Shown here: piece after piece, positions 14,201-26,459 of the stretch | Layout of the letters: every line of letters starts with the position of its first letter | Position numbering within the stretch: the stretch's first letter is position 1 | Source of the DNA: Botryllus schlosseri | Lineage: Eukaryota | Length of the DNA: 64,000 nt | Reading direction: 5' to 3' | Assembly (NCBI GenBank): GCA_051294905.1 | Contig: CM119372.1 | Location: 8,122,001-8,186,000, forward strand | Notes under the pieces: generated by a model | Databases searched by the model: none | Told to the model about the DNA's origin: nothing | The model's input: the letters and a program-made list of their open reading frames with translations, nothing else | Translations under genes and position numbers: made by a program

Positions 14201-15289
14201 AGACGAAGCAGCTGTTGCTCGCCGCTGAGCAGGAGGAGACTGACGTCAGAATGTTGCAGGTAATGATATTGTGTGGGTGTGTCTGATACGGGGCGATGAA
14301 AAAAATTGTCATGCAGCACCCTGCGTAACAGATTGTACAATTCTGGTTTTCTAATTGAAGCAAAATAATGGTTACGGTATCTAATTCTAATCTAGTTTTA
14401 GACATGTTTCTATGCTCTAATTTTGTTTCTAATTTTAATCGTTTTCCTGAAAAAGTTACGGGGAATCTGTACTGTAGCATGTGAAACGACCACAGATTGG
14501 CGTACCGACATTTCTCATTCTTATGAGCAAGTAGTTGAAAGAGTAGATTTAGTCGATGAGTCGCATGCTTTTAGCAATTAAGCGTGAAATATGAAATCAC
14601 ACGGGGAATCTTAGCAACTAACGCAAAATGAATAATGACACTAAGGTGAAATTTTCAAAAACAATTCCGTTGCCGTATGACGGTTTATCTGCCTATGTGG
14701 TATCACAATTTCGCTCATAAAGATGATGCATCCACACCCCAAAACTACCTTCGACAAAATCCACAGTGAATGAACCCAGTGTAATAGCAAGTAGCTTTAC
14801 CTAACAATCTGTAGTAGAATTGGAAGTAATCAAAAAACATGACCATTTGGGTGGGTAGTCCCGCAATTAGGCAAAACCTATTTGACTGCTCCTAAAATGT
14901 AGAGCCACATCTGCATAAACATATCATACAATGTTGCGGTTTTAATCCGAGTATTATTCCAGGTCAACCTTCAAGGATCGCTGCTGACCACCGTAAACCA
15001 AGGCCCGATGGAGGTGGCGCTCACCTTCCTGGCCACCATCCCCGAAGACGAAAGCCTGTGGATACCCTACAACAAGCTCCGGCTGGCTTTCCGTCGTTTC
15101 ATTTACGCCTGTTCGATCGCGCTCAAAAAGAACAAGCAACTCATAGGACCCGACCAGAAAGAATATCAGCGCGAGCTCGAGAGAAACTACAGCCGAATGA
15201 ACGAACAGTTGAGGCCGATGATCGATAGCTTGAAGGTAATGCATCTTCTGCGGGACGCGTTGTCCGATGACAACGCACAGCATCGTTGA
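8293..15289 (+). CDS. DOCK7: Dedicator of cytokinesis DOCK-C family GEF (DOCK6/7/8-like), ~2097 aa, 2 exons (8293-14259, 14963-15289)
   Basis: 1989 uninterrupted codons include the DOCK7-like N-terminus ([26 protein letters not shown]), the DHR1/C2 domain ([47 protein letters not shown]) and DHR2 ([15 protein letters not shown]). Phase-0 GT-AG intron 14260-14962 joins RMLQ to [18 protein letters not shown], matching DOCK7 KMLQMVLQGSV..TVNQGPLEV. The exact paralog name is uncertain. Confidence 0.95.
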
Positions 15290-17317
15290 TTGTCTGTCCA
15301 GCGGCGATGATTGTATGAATTTCACGACTTTAGTTCTTTTTAATTTAAACACTTGTAACTTGTTGCTTTCAGCACTACGATTTTATATTCGACGGATTTG
15401 TGTATCGTTCTCTTACTTACGTGGTTTCCTGTTTACACTCATGAAATGATAGTAACTTCTGGATTTATTAGTTCTTCACGTAATGATATGAAGTGTCAAT
15501 CATGATTTCGCGGAATCTCGTGAATCAGCATTTTATGTGTAATATTACGGTTTATTTTTGTTTTATTGTAAATGGAATCCAGCATCTTAATCAAGTCATG
15601 TGGTGTAGCAGGGTTGTGGGAGTAGTAGACGATTTTCATAACTGGTGTTTGCGTAATCACGTTTGATTATGGCGTCAATATGGACCAAAGAGGTTTATTC
15701 GTTGTTCAAATTTTTCTTGGCGACATCTTTTTTGTTATGCACCTTTGTTAGATTTACTTGGATTCCTTTCACTGCATTCCGTGTGCGAAATCTGCTGAAA
15801 TATCTTTACTGCTATTCGGGCTATTATGCTATTCAAAATAACTCCCTTGTCAAACCTCCATTGCCGTTTTTTTGCTGACGATGATGACGTGATGTAAAAC
15901 TGTGACGAATGAAGTTCAGTGAAGAGTACTTCTTGCCCGGTTGCCGTGCTTCTGCGCCTTGTAGCATTTTGTGTAAAAATATAATCATATTCATACTTCG
16001 CAGCTATCACCCTTTTACACAGTGTTTTCATTTGGTTGACTCGGCTCCAGTTGTGTTGTCGACAAGCTGTTGGCGGACTTGGATTTGATTTCTTGCACGT
16101 ACCGTAAATTGTAGCTTTTTTATTGTCGGGGTAATATGTATGAATCGTGCATGTACTTGTACACAGGTGTGCGCGCTGGTCGTGGATTAAGTTTCGAAAT
16201 TACGCGATTTCGCGGAAAACATACTGTTCTAACTCCATTACTCGGATTTCGTGCAATACAGCTACAAAATCATGAAACTGCTCTGTGTTCTTTTTTGTTG
16301 CACAATGCACATAGTGTCGAGGAGTGAGTGGCCTTTGCATGAACTCAATATTTCGCAATGAGGCCTAAACTATTGTACGAGGTCGAATTTTGTTGTATGA
16401 CGAGCTCATCGTAAGGTTATAACAGAAGTAAATGGTGTCTCTAAGGCTCAAGTAAATACGGCTCGATCTAGGATTCTAGATTGAGCGATGGAATATATCA
16501 AGGAACGAATTATTTAGCCTGGTAAATTGCGAATCTCCGGAGACCTCGCGATGCTGCCGCACTTGACATTCAAGTCGAGCTCAGACTCGTATACTTTTTC
16601 GCGTGTCATCATAGTAGATCTTGACGTAGTAAGCACTGGGTAATGGAACGTTTTCACCGCCAGACGTGGGCTCGAAACGATGAACGGCAAAGGTGGTCAG
16701 TAACTAAGTACGTCTACTTTTCAAAGTAGCCTACTTCAGGTAGATTATATGTACTTGCACTATTCTTCCACAAGTGGTTATAATATTGGACTATTTCTAC
16801 GTGACATTTTACAGTCTTTTGGCAAAACTAGGCCTAGAATTTTTACTTAGTTGAAAATCGTTTGGTGTTAGGCCTACTTCTATTTGAATACCCACGATGA
16901 CTACTTTGACCACCCATTCAGAACGGGTGATATAAAGGAAATCGTTATCATAAATATGAAGTGGGTGTCTGATTTCGAAGACGTCGTGCCAATACTTTGC
17001 TGTCGCAATATTATGGTTTTTTGGAAGGATAACATCATCTATAAATTGATGAAGTTTTTGTAGCTGACATTAGAGAGGTGTGCACACTGTGCAGTGCGCA
17101 ACTTTGAACAGTTTAGCGCACAGAGTTGCGCGAGGCGGTGCTCGACGATTTTATGTCGGGCTGGTATAGTTTCTGCAATCTGCATGAATTCACGTCGGCT
17201 GGTTTTGTTTGTGAAGTGCATTGTTTGCTTTTCTCGTTGCACACGACGCTGAGCAGGTGATATAGGTGGACCTACAGAAGCAGACAGGCATCGTTGAATT
17301 AGTTGTTTCCGCCAACT

Positions 17318-19720
17318 ATGGATACCAATAGACAATGCGTATTTGTGTTATACGACGCACAGAGAACTAAAGAACTTAATGAGGGAGATGATTTGATGCT
17401 GGCAATACACTATTTCTACCCTGATACAGTTAAGTGATTGAATTGAAAACAGTGGCAGTTCAACTCCATCTGGCGTTGACGAAGCTGTAGCGTGTAGTGT
17501 AGCCCCTCTCAAATTATCGAATCAGATATTGTGAAGCCTCTTCGTAATCATATTGTTTAAATTTCTGACCCTCATTCCTCTTCCTTACGCCATTATTTCC
17601 TTTCTGCAGTGGAACTCGGATGCCAAATGTCAACTGTGCGGACCGTTGATGGCTGCTGCAGATCACGTAACACGAATGCTGGGCTATCCTCCAAAGTTGA
17701 TTGAATTAGCTACCATGACGTTCGCTTCTATTTACAAAGGGAAATATACCGTAGTTAGTAAATACGAACTGTATTTTACCGATTTCTGCTTCATGACATA
17801 AAAGAATATATTTTCTCAGATTTTCGGAGGGCCTACAGAATCCTTTTCAAGCCATTTTATTTCAAAGATCTGCTCTCACATACTTAGTATCGTCCTTCTA
17901 TTCTATCCATCACTAGCCAGTTTTTTGGTAAGTCTTAGTAGGATTGAGAAACCGTCGGACTATGATTTTAGCATGTTCCGAAACCTACTTGTGATTATGG
18001 CGATTTACAGGGTTCCGTCGAAAGTGATCATGTTTTGGGTTCAATCGTCGACTCAATTTCGTACAGACCGATGACAGAAGCAGATTTCAACGTCATCCCT
18101 TCCATCTGTTACTCAAAAGTGAGAGACATATCAATATAATTATGTCAATGAAGTGCCGAGGAGAAGATGGCATATTCATATTGATGGAATTTCTCAACAG
18201 ATACCGCAACGCTTTCTTTTGAAGTGCATCGATATCATTGACTTTGCATCTCGTCAAACGGAGGTTTTAGGCTCTTGTCTTCTGCTCAGCGGCAAGTAAG
18301 CTTGCAATACGAGTTCCCAGTTTAAGTTTCCGGTTAATAGCATGGAAAATATTCACTCAGAACGATTAAGAGTAACTTCGACCCCGAGATGACGAGAATG
18401 ATTCAATTTTGCGGTACCTGCGACACGCTGCGGAACAAAATGGGAATAATGCGGCAGGGATGCAAGTCAGTTTTTGACGGAGGTTATAATATTGTACTAG
18501 AAATTTCGATTTAAAACTACCTTTTAGCGTGTGCCCTATTTTTGTGTCCAATCAAGAATATGGAATCATGGCGGCTAAGCACAGAATAAGAAGAGGTGAC
18601 TTCGGCAATTCAACAACGCAACAGTCGCAGGATCCAGTGATGAGATCGCCTGGGTAGTGAAGCGAACATCTTATCCGTGAGACTGATAACACACGACCGC
18701 TACATACTTTATGGTTGCAGTTTGGAGCGGGAAGTTTTAACGAAGCGCAAGTGCAGTTCGCGTTTGTCTGATGACTCAGGAAGTGGACTGTCCACTCCAA
18801 GTACTATAATTGCCATCAATTTATTTCCATGTGTAAAATTAACAGAAAAAAAACGTTCACATTGCAGTTAGCAGTTATACGTCGTCGTCAGACGAAGAGA
18901 ATACAGTGACTCGGAACGGTCAGGCACGTGAGTCGTGAACAGCGGTAACAAAATCGTTTCGAAATGACGAATCACGTTTTTTTCATGGCAGCCGAAGGTA
19001 TGAAAGAGCTGACGCTATGTTTTGTGACAGAAGGCTCCTGTTCTCTTGCGATAATAACGGTGGGCGCCAGTCAAAGGAGTGTTAACATGTCGAAGTACCT
19101 GGTGAGCGCGAATATATAGCAAATAGCCTATAAAAATGATATCTAATCCGTTCCTTGTCACCTACAGCTTACTCATTGCGCCCAGAACATGAAGGAAATC
19201 AATACAATGAACGAAAATCTTCTAGGACGCTAGTGACAGTCGAAAACCTCGTCCTTACCACGATCGACCAACCGGGTCTTACGTACTCGCGTTTTGCATG
19301 CGTGGTAATTTATCAATGACATGGCACAACTGTCTTCAATATGTAATAATTTATTAGCGATACGAACGTGAGCAAGAAATATAAATTACACCAACAGCAT
19401 TAAAACATCACAATGTGAACGCCCAATGCCCATGTTTTGAGCTTTCTGATTTGAAGGCTTGCGATGAAATTCAAAAAATTTGTTGCAGGCGTGTCAGACT
19501 GAAATCTGGCGCAACTATTCCAAAATTTGGCTAACACACAACTAGTTTAGCGGCAGCTTGAGATGCTAAGTTGACTCGGTCGCACCCTTCTATGTTCATT
19601 TCTCAGATAAAGTGTCTCATCCACCTCCAGAAACGCATAAGTTGATGTACGGCTTTCAACGGCTGGTTGTCAACCCAGAATCTAATCGCTTAGGGCATGG
19701 AGGATGATGGCTGAAAAACA
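17318..19720 (+). CDS. HPS4: HPS4-like (BLOC-3 subunit, longin/CCZ1-type) multi-exon gene; 5' exons 17318-17428, 17610-17750, 17820-17927, 18011-18118, 18201-18295, then from 18361; 3' exons after ~19100 unresolved
   Basis: Phase-consistent GT-AG exons give FVLYDAQRTKELNEGDD...IHYFYP, CQLCGPLMA...PPKLIEL and LLKCIDII...VLGSCLLLSG, paralleling human HPS4 FLYDGSKVKEEGD..ICYFYP, ELLCGQIAG..PPTLVRL and LLKAARIL..ILAGCILYKG. The end coordinate is approximate. Confidence 0.7.
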
Positions 19721-20006
19721 AACACATGGATATAGCTGGGCGTATAAAATTTTATCATCACTAGCACTGACATGGAATGTTAACGAACGTGGTCACTTAT
19801 CTAGTCACACGTGCGTTTAAGTAGTGGTCAAATCTTTTAAAAGCGCGCAAGCAGGTGAAGTATTTTGTGAAGGACCGACGCGTCAGGATATGCGAGTCAC
19901 CTATTTGCGTACCATCCGTCATGACGCTAGTTCAAATATGTACCATTGCACCTTCATGTTACCAAGAAATAACACAACCTGATTACACTAGATGAAAACG
20001 ATTTTA

Positions 20007-20670
20007 AGGGCGGAGATAATAAAGTTGGATTAGCAATAAAGTCGATTATCGCGTTCGTCAGGATTTATCAACCCGGGATTAAGGAAACCGGTTGATCGCA
20101 GCGCATAAAGTTAGTGTAAATCTCATGATTTAGTACGGTACAGCAAGAAACGGATTATAGAATATCGATAGCGCTCCGCAACGGTGGGTACAAAATTCGT
20201 TGATTGTTTAGTGAAGCCATTACCTAGAAGACAGACAATCGGCACGGTCATTATCGGACATATTTGTGCGTAGGAATGGTACGCATTGTACGCAGTCTAT
20301 AGTTTGTTCCGGTTTGCTAATTGGACACGATTTTCGCTTCGCGATGATGATGATAATAATTCTACCTATCACTGTGGCGGTATTGTTTTCAGCAGGTTGC
20401 TGGACAAGTGACAGCCCATAATGCCCGTTGTCGCATTATGATTCAACAAATAACTCCACTTGATTGAAAACTCGGGAGACCTCGACTAACCGTCGCGCGT
20501 AACCCGTTTCCATCTTTATGCTTCGCGATTGGCAGTATTTAATCACACGATTAGCATTATTATTATATATACACACTTTATTATCTGCGCCTAAAATACG
20601 TCTGAGTAGCAGTTTTCAATCACATGATTAGCATGCTCGCGGATCAGCTCACTTTATTATCTCCACCCTT
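20007..20670. mobile_element. MITE with GGGyGGAGATAATAAAG terminal inverted repeats
   Basis: GGGCGGAGATAATAAAG at ~20007 and its inverse CTTTATTATCTCCACCC at ~20652-20668; subterminal direct repeat inside. Confidence 0.55.
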
Positions 20671-21112
20671 CATTTGTTAAAACCGATTACACGACACAGC
20701 ACGCTCAAACAATACTGTCAGTCGGATCACCTCTACAGAAATGCTGTGTGAACGCACATATCAGTGTGCTGTAAGTTCTCAAGTCTACTTAGGATTGAAA
20801 CGATATGATTTCCATTAATGAAAGAACACATTGTCGCAAGGGCCGTAGAGTTTAGGCACTAGATAATGATTCTCACTACTCGACTCGGATCAACAACATT
20901 GATACTCGATTCAAATAACACATATCTTTACGCCCGCATATTCAAAACTGATGGTCAGCGTTCCACTTGCTACGCCGAGTAAGTAGCGTGGTTAATGTTT
21001 GGTGCCAAAAAAAAACAGAAATAAAACCTATTATCCCATATTTGACCTCGTTTTCAGTTTCTCAGTCAGTAATTAAAGAACCGCCAAGTACAAAAATGAA
21101 AGAAACAACCTC

Positions 21113-24100
21113 ACCGGAAGCAGTAGACACATTCAGACTTTCCACAAGACTACTTGCAGCATCCATATTGCCATTGAATTGACGGCGTATCGTAACGATA
21201 CGCGTGCAAGCGTTTGAAATTTCCGGTGGCACTCCGTCTCCTTCGCTCCCTGCAAAGAAGTCGCTGTAAGGCGCGAGTAGCTTTGATAGCAATACAGAGC
21301 AACATTACCAAAAACGATGAGCGAAGGATTATTCAATCGGACATCACGAACATTTTCTGGATTCAAGAAATCATGATTTTCAGCAACGGTCCCTATGATG
21401 TCCCATTGTTCGTTGCGAAGAACCTAAAAAACATAGTATATTCAAGAAAAAGCGATCACATGACATCAATAACTGTCAGATTATATTTTCATCTGATCAA
21501 GACACACACAATGTACAATGCGATATAATGAACAGATAGGAGGAAGGTGAACGACAAGTTGCAGTCTCTAGAACTGGCATCCACCTCGACCTAATGCCCG
21601 ATGTCACAGTTCTTTTTCGATGTTTATCTCTATTCCGCGGCCCTTACTTTTGAGCGCGTTCTTTCATCGGGTCCTTTTCAAGGCTTTTTTGTCGCCGTAA
21701 CAACAGCGACGCGCTCCCATACAAACACATTGACACGGAATTTACATAAATAGGCATCAACGGATAGCAGTTGTGCGACGTAAATATTAGACTAGGCTTT
21801 TCTCCGATATTCTACAACTTCCGAATCATTATCCATTACCATCAAAACGAGAGTTGGGGTTGGGCAGAACAATGCTAATACTTTAAAATCTGGGCCGAGT
21901 ATGAGATGAAATAACAGGAATCAAGTGAAGAGAGATGATTTCTCGAACACCAAAATTTCACCCCTAAGATGCTAATGAGTAATGACCATTTCTTTTACAA
22001 GTATCACAATCCGAGTTTTTCAATTTCAGTAACGCGAAAGCTTTCAAACTTACACTTGCCATGAAATCACCGTAGTAAATGACACATCTAAAACGTTTGT
22101 CGAAGGAAACATTCACTTCCATTTCTTCAATGAATTAGAATTCCCACAATTTCCTTTTTAGGACTAGTTGCATAAATAACTGGTTGCTGGTACAACATTT
22201 GAATAACGCTTTCAAAAGTACGTTTTGATGAACGTTTATTGAAACTCGAAGAACTTTTCGTGTGCCAGTTATCAAGAGCTACTGGCACGATAAAGGAGAT
22301 ATAACAGAGTTGAATTCAAAACCAAACGTTATTTGTATCATCTGTGTCTCAGGCTCGCATTACTGTTTTCTGCTACCTGTTACTATACGCTGGATTGTTG
22401 CTGTGTTCAGGCTACATTGATGAAACAAGCAGTACCATACCGTACAACAGGGGCGGGCAACTTCTCCAGTCGGCGGGCCGGACATAGGAAATTTAAGTAC
22501 TTGGCGGGCCGGACTGCTGAATCGATACATTATTCGCTCATTTATCCACATATACAAGGAAAAAAATCGTATTTACTGAATTTTAACGACAGTCATGTCA
22601 ATTCAAAGCCATTTCTCGCTGATAATGACGAAGACAGTGTGGATTTTGTCGCTTGCTTTTTTTCAATACTATCTTCTTTTACTTTACTATCAGTGTACAT
22701 GCCTCCTCTTTACATCACCTAGGCCAAGGTGGGTGTCTGATTCCATAGACTACTCCAAGTCGCTTCGACACCTTCCTATCTTTTCATTGTATCGCATTTT
22801 TGTGGTGTATGGAACTGATAAAAATTGCCAATAAACCAATGATGATGAATTTGAGAACAGCATTGTCACACAGGCACCGCCATGTCTGCATCTCTCTGTT
22901 CAATTAACACACAGTGCAATCATTAATTATGATTTCAAGGCGTTCGATAAGCCCGGTACGGTAATCCAAATTTACCAAGATATCAATTCATTAGGGTTGA
23001 GTGCATCGTAAATGCCGATAATGCAAGTCTTCTCACTTCGAGGAACTTACACGTAAGCATAGGGTTACCATATTTGGAAATCTGAAAAGAGGACACTTTT
23101 TCAAAATTTTCAGACTTGCAATACTGGAGGTAAATTTTCCCCACTTCGTGGTCGGTTGACTAATAAATGAAAAAGTCAGCTTTCCGGCTCAGCTCCCGAA
23201 ATAGCCGCCGGAGCGTTACTTCAGTGCTGATTTACTGTATCTCAGTCGAATTTTGCCCTATATTTAACCAACATTCTCAAAAAAGGAGACACAACTTTAA
23301 AAAAAAAAGGACATTTGGGCGTTATCCGAGGACACTTTCAAAAAAGAGGACAGATCCCCTTAAAAGAGGACGTATGGTAACCCTACGTAAGCTCCACTCT
23401 CGCACGCTGCACACACACGCTTATAATAATAACATACAGTCAATAAATTTTGACGTTTAAGCAAGTAGTGCAGAATCTCGGCAGACTAGGGCTGCGGGCC
23501 ACATTATCATGTAAGACGGGGCCCGCCCGTATGTTGCCCGCTCCTGCCATACAAGGAAAGAATCGATCTGGCCACCAATTTTGACCAGACCGACCAACTT
23601 GCTTGGTGTCCATAAATATATCGCATGTCTTATATTGCGGCTAACATATCAAAATATCCCTCAGCAGCAGTTGCCCGGTATTTTAGGGCTGCATCAAAAT
23701 GAAAAATGACAGCTGAGCATGCGACGCTTTAGCATGTGAATTTATAACTTCAAAAGGGCTTGCATTTTTATTCCCATCATAACTCACATAGATCATTTCA
23801 AGCGGCTCCTCCGTTGCATGTACGTGCAGAATCTCCGATGCTCCACAGCTAGCTTTGCTCACAACAGGGGTCAAGGGACAGCTGTAAATTATCAGATTAC
23901 ATTTTTGCAACGCTTTACAGAGTACAAGTGATCACCAGAAAACACGTCCTTATGCGAAAATTCAAGAACTAGGGTCAGCTTGGGTTTTGAGGACCGTGTC
24001 TGGTTTGACAGCTTCACTGACAGACTGGCACATTGTCACGTTCTACTCCAAGAAACGAAGTTGAACTGTACTTGTGCAATTTTCGCCACATGCTAATCCT

Positions 24101-24919
24101 CTGGTAACCTCATAATTTACATACCAGTTTCCACAGACAATGACACGGCCTACATTGAAGTAGAGGCACGAGCGCAGTATCGCTCCCAAATTCATAGGAT
24201 CCAGTATCCCGCACAGTAAAACCCAAATACAATTTCTCCCGTCCAGCGTTGCGGTGGTTTTACACAATTCTTTAGCCAATCCCAGAAAAGGTAACTCCCC
24301 GACTTCCAAACAAACACCCTAGAACAGGAACATATGTAAGTTTTCGAACCATAACAATATCCGCCACACCTACCTGGTGAGGTCTATGGGCTACCATCGA
24401 ATCCATCATTTTCCTATTCGCATAAGTGATTGGAATTTTTCTGTCTGCAGCAACTTCCATGATAGCCGCAATTCGGCTATCAGTTGGTAGAATTTCCCTC
24501 CATCTTTCTAGAAGATGCAACCTGAACAAGAAGGCTGCTGCATTGGAAAGTCGAAACCAACTCGGCAAATTCCCACCTGAATATTGGTCTCCTCGAGACC
24601 TGAAGTGCCACATTACACACTGACCTTCCGTAAAGAATTTCATTGCTCAAGAACCCTACAATCGAAATTTACAAAGGCACGTTATAAACCCAGATGAACA
24701 ATTATACATCCACAACACCCACTTGTTTTGCTCCGTTTTGAAATTTTCAGAATTGTTCCCGTCAATGAGTGCAACGATCCCAACTCGAATAAACCCTGCA
24801 TCAAGAGTAAGTGACAAATTCGACAAATGCATGCAGCAATGGCTACACATGGTACTTGCCCTGCTATTCAAGTAGTGGAACTTGCAAATTGTAGTCGGTA
24901 TGATTCGCTGGACGATCAT
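21113..24919 (-). CDS. MRM1: MRM1-like SpoU/TrmH rRNA 2'-O-methyltransferase, multi-exon (includes 23881-23788, 21423-21309 and ~21251-21113); first and last exons not fully resolved
   Basis: Exons give NEILYG, HRPHQ|GVCLEV, ILDPMNLGAILRS, CPLTPVVSKASCGA, QWDIIGT, PSLIVF|GSEGDG and ESLNVSTAS, collinear with the MRM1/SpoU motifs (DPRNFGAVLRS, CPLTPVVSKSSAGA, GNEG, ESLNVSVA). One ~2.4 kb intron (23787-21424) is filled with TE fragments. Confidence 0.85.
21470..21720 (-). mobile_element. SINE fragment with an L2-derived 3' tail (same family as 30745-31050)
   Basis: Shares GTCAGATTATATTTTCATCTGATCAAGACAC and downstream blocks with 30745-31000. Confidence 0.65.
22648..22848 (+). mobile_element. 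L2-type LINE 3' UTR fragment
   Basis: Conserved CCTAGGCCAAGGTGGGTGTCTGAT motif and AATAAACCAATGATGATG tail, as in other copies. Confidence 0.8.
23060..23385. mobile_element. hAT MITE (TAGGG termini)
   Basis: TIR TAGGGTTACCATA / TATGGTAACCCTA; 8-bp TSD CGTAAGCA / CGTAAGCT; internal AAAAGAGGAC repeats. Confidence 0.85.
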
Positions 24920-25007
24920 GGTAATATAGACTAACTACTAATTACTCGCTACGCGGTCAAGTCAGATCCGCTTTAGCGGTTGAAGGAATGGTGATATCGG
25001 CGTATGG

Positions 25008-25313
25008 CTACAAATTTTTTGACACGGATTTTTCTCCTTTGATTGCTTTCTCTTCATCAGCTAAGAAGTCGTCTTTGTCATAAATAACTTTCAACAATAA
25101 GGAACAACTAGGACAGGTGGCTTCTTCCTCACCAGCCTGCAGGGCTTCTAGCGAAATTTCAAATCTAAAAAGCGGCTCGAGACAGATACAATCAATGCTC
25201 AACAAAAGAAATGAAACCAACCGATCTCCGCATGGACAGGGATAGTAATACATCTCCTCATCCTCGTCGTATTCGAAGTCTTCAATCTCTACCTCATCGT
25301 GATAAATTGACAT
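25008..25313 (-). CDS. DPH3: Diphthamide biosynthesis protein 3 (CSL zinc finger), 82 aa, exons 25313-25222 and 25164-25008
   Basis: [31 protein letters not shown]|[29 protein letters not shown] is the canonical DPH3/KTI11 sequence; 57-nt GT-AG intron. Confidence 0.97.
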   Translation of the reverse strand: MSIYHDEVEIEDFEYDEDEEMYYYPCPCGDRLVSFLLLSIDCICLEPLFRFEISLEALQAGEEEATCPSCSLLLKVIYDKDDFLADEEKAIKGEKSVSKNL

Positions 25314-25589
25314 GGTATGTTATTGCATACAGATCTAATTCTACGGTGCTGAAAAAGATAGAGAAAATTCAATAGAAATTGGGATAATCACTAAAATGTT
25401 AGCTCAAATGATTACCGTATTTGTTTTTAGTCAATAAAGTCGAAACAAATTACAAGCTGACTTGTATACTCAATTTGTAGAAAATTTCATCAGGGTTCGT
25501 GCGATTATATTCACAATAAGATCAGTACGCACATATAATCCAATTCAAATCAATTTGTTAACAATTTAATCATTTCAATATACTACAAG

Positions 25590-26250
25590 ACTCCGATACA
25601 ATGAAAGACAGGAAGGTATCAGAACGACTCGGAGTAGTCTTTGAAATCAGACACCCACCTGGCCTAGGTGATGTTAAATGGAGGCATGTGTCGGAAGGCG
25701 AGATTAATACGTCAGGTCGTGGTCCGGTAAACTTGAGGACTTACTAGTACTGATTCAATAGAAATTTTTGGTATTTCGAGCTGAATGTGGACGGGCATGC
25801 TCGAAGACTGTCACATAGCTGGCGAGATACTGTTCCACACTGCAGGTCCGGCATATTTGAGGTGACGATGAACTTTTACGTCGACCATATGGTAGGTGGA
25901 CGACGTGGAAGCGTGTGTGTTGTACTTATGCACTTTCGATACGAGGTAAAGAAGTCGTTGAAATTTTTGGGGCAGTAACCGCAGTGGAACTGATGCATGA
26001 ACTTGGCAATTTCTAGTTGACACATATCTTGCATGTTGTACACTGTACATTGTAGAGTAATCTTTTGAGCAGTGATTTGTAGGGCGCACATCCTGGCCCC
26101 TTTTGGGCACTGGCTATGATACGGCGGACCTCATGTGACAGTTTTTGCAGTGCCCTCAGTGCGTGAACACTGGCAGCCCCCCAATAGATGATGCCATATT
26201 GCCAGAGTGGAATTGGTGGCAGCGTCACGCGCAACTTTTCGTTCAATTAC
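25590..26250 (-). mobile_element. L2/Crack-type LINE 3' fragment with the longest ORF2 remnant in the window
   Basis: YGIIYWG..ALQKL...LEIAKFMHQFHCG..PKNFNDFF..YAGP.VWN remnant with frameshifts, followed by the shared 3' UTR. Confidence 0.85.
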
Positions 26251-26459
26251 TAGATTATTCTATGCAAGAAACCCTTCTGTCACTCGCAACTCATTGCTGA
26301 AAACAACCACTGTTTCCAGTCTAGCCATGTTGCAACTTTGATAGAAATAATGATTTGGAAGAGGACCCATACTGGTATATGTATTCTCCAAGGCTGCAGA
26401 ACAGACCAAACTGCATTTCAATGCATTTTCCTATGAAAATTCGTGCTTAAAATTCACTT

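Noticed and set aside
15780-17300. Possible small minus-strand gene head-to-head with HPS4
   Set aside because: Some exon-like segments exist (e.g. MQIAETIPARHKIVEHRL, YVQEIKSKSANSL), but I found no phase-consistent model or recognisable homology.
21840-21890. Alternative MRM1 exon reading ...CPTPTLVLM(G) before a GTAATG donor
   Set aside because: The exon 21423-21309 fits phase and homology better (QWDIIGT, PSLIVFG); this segment is probably coincidental.
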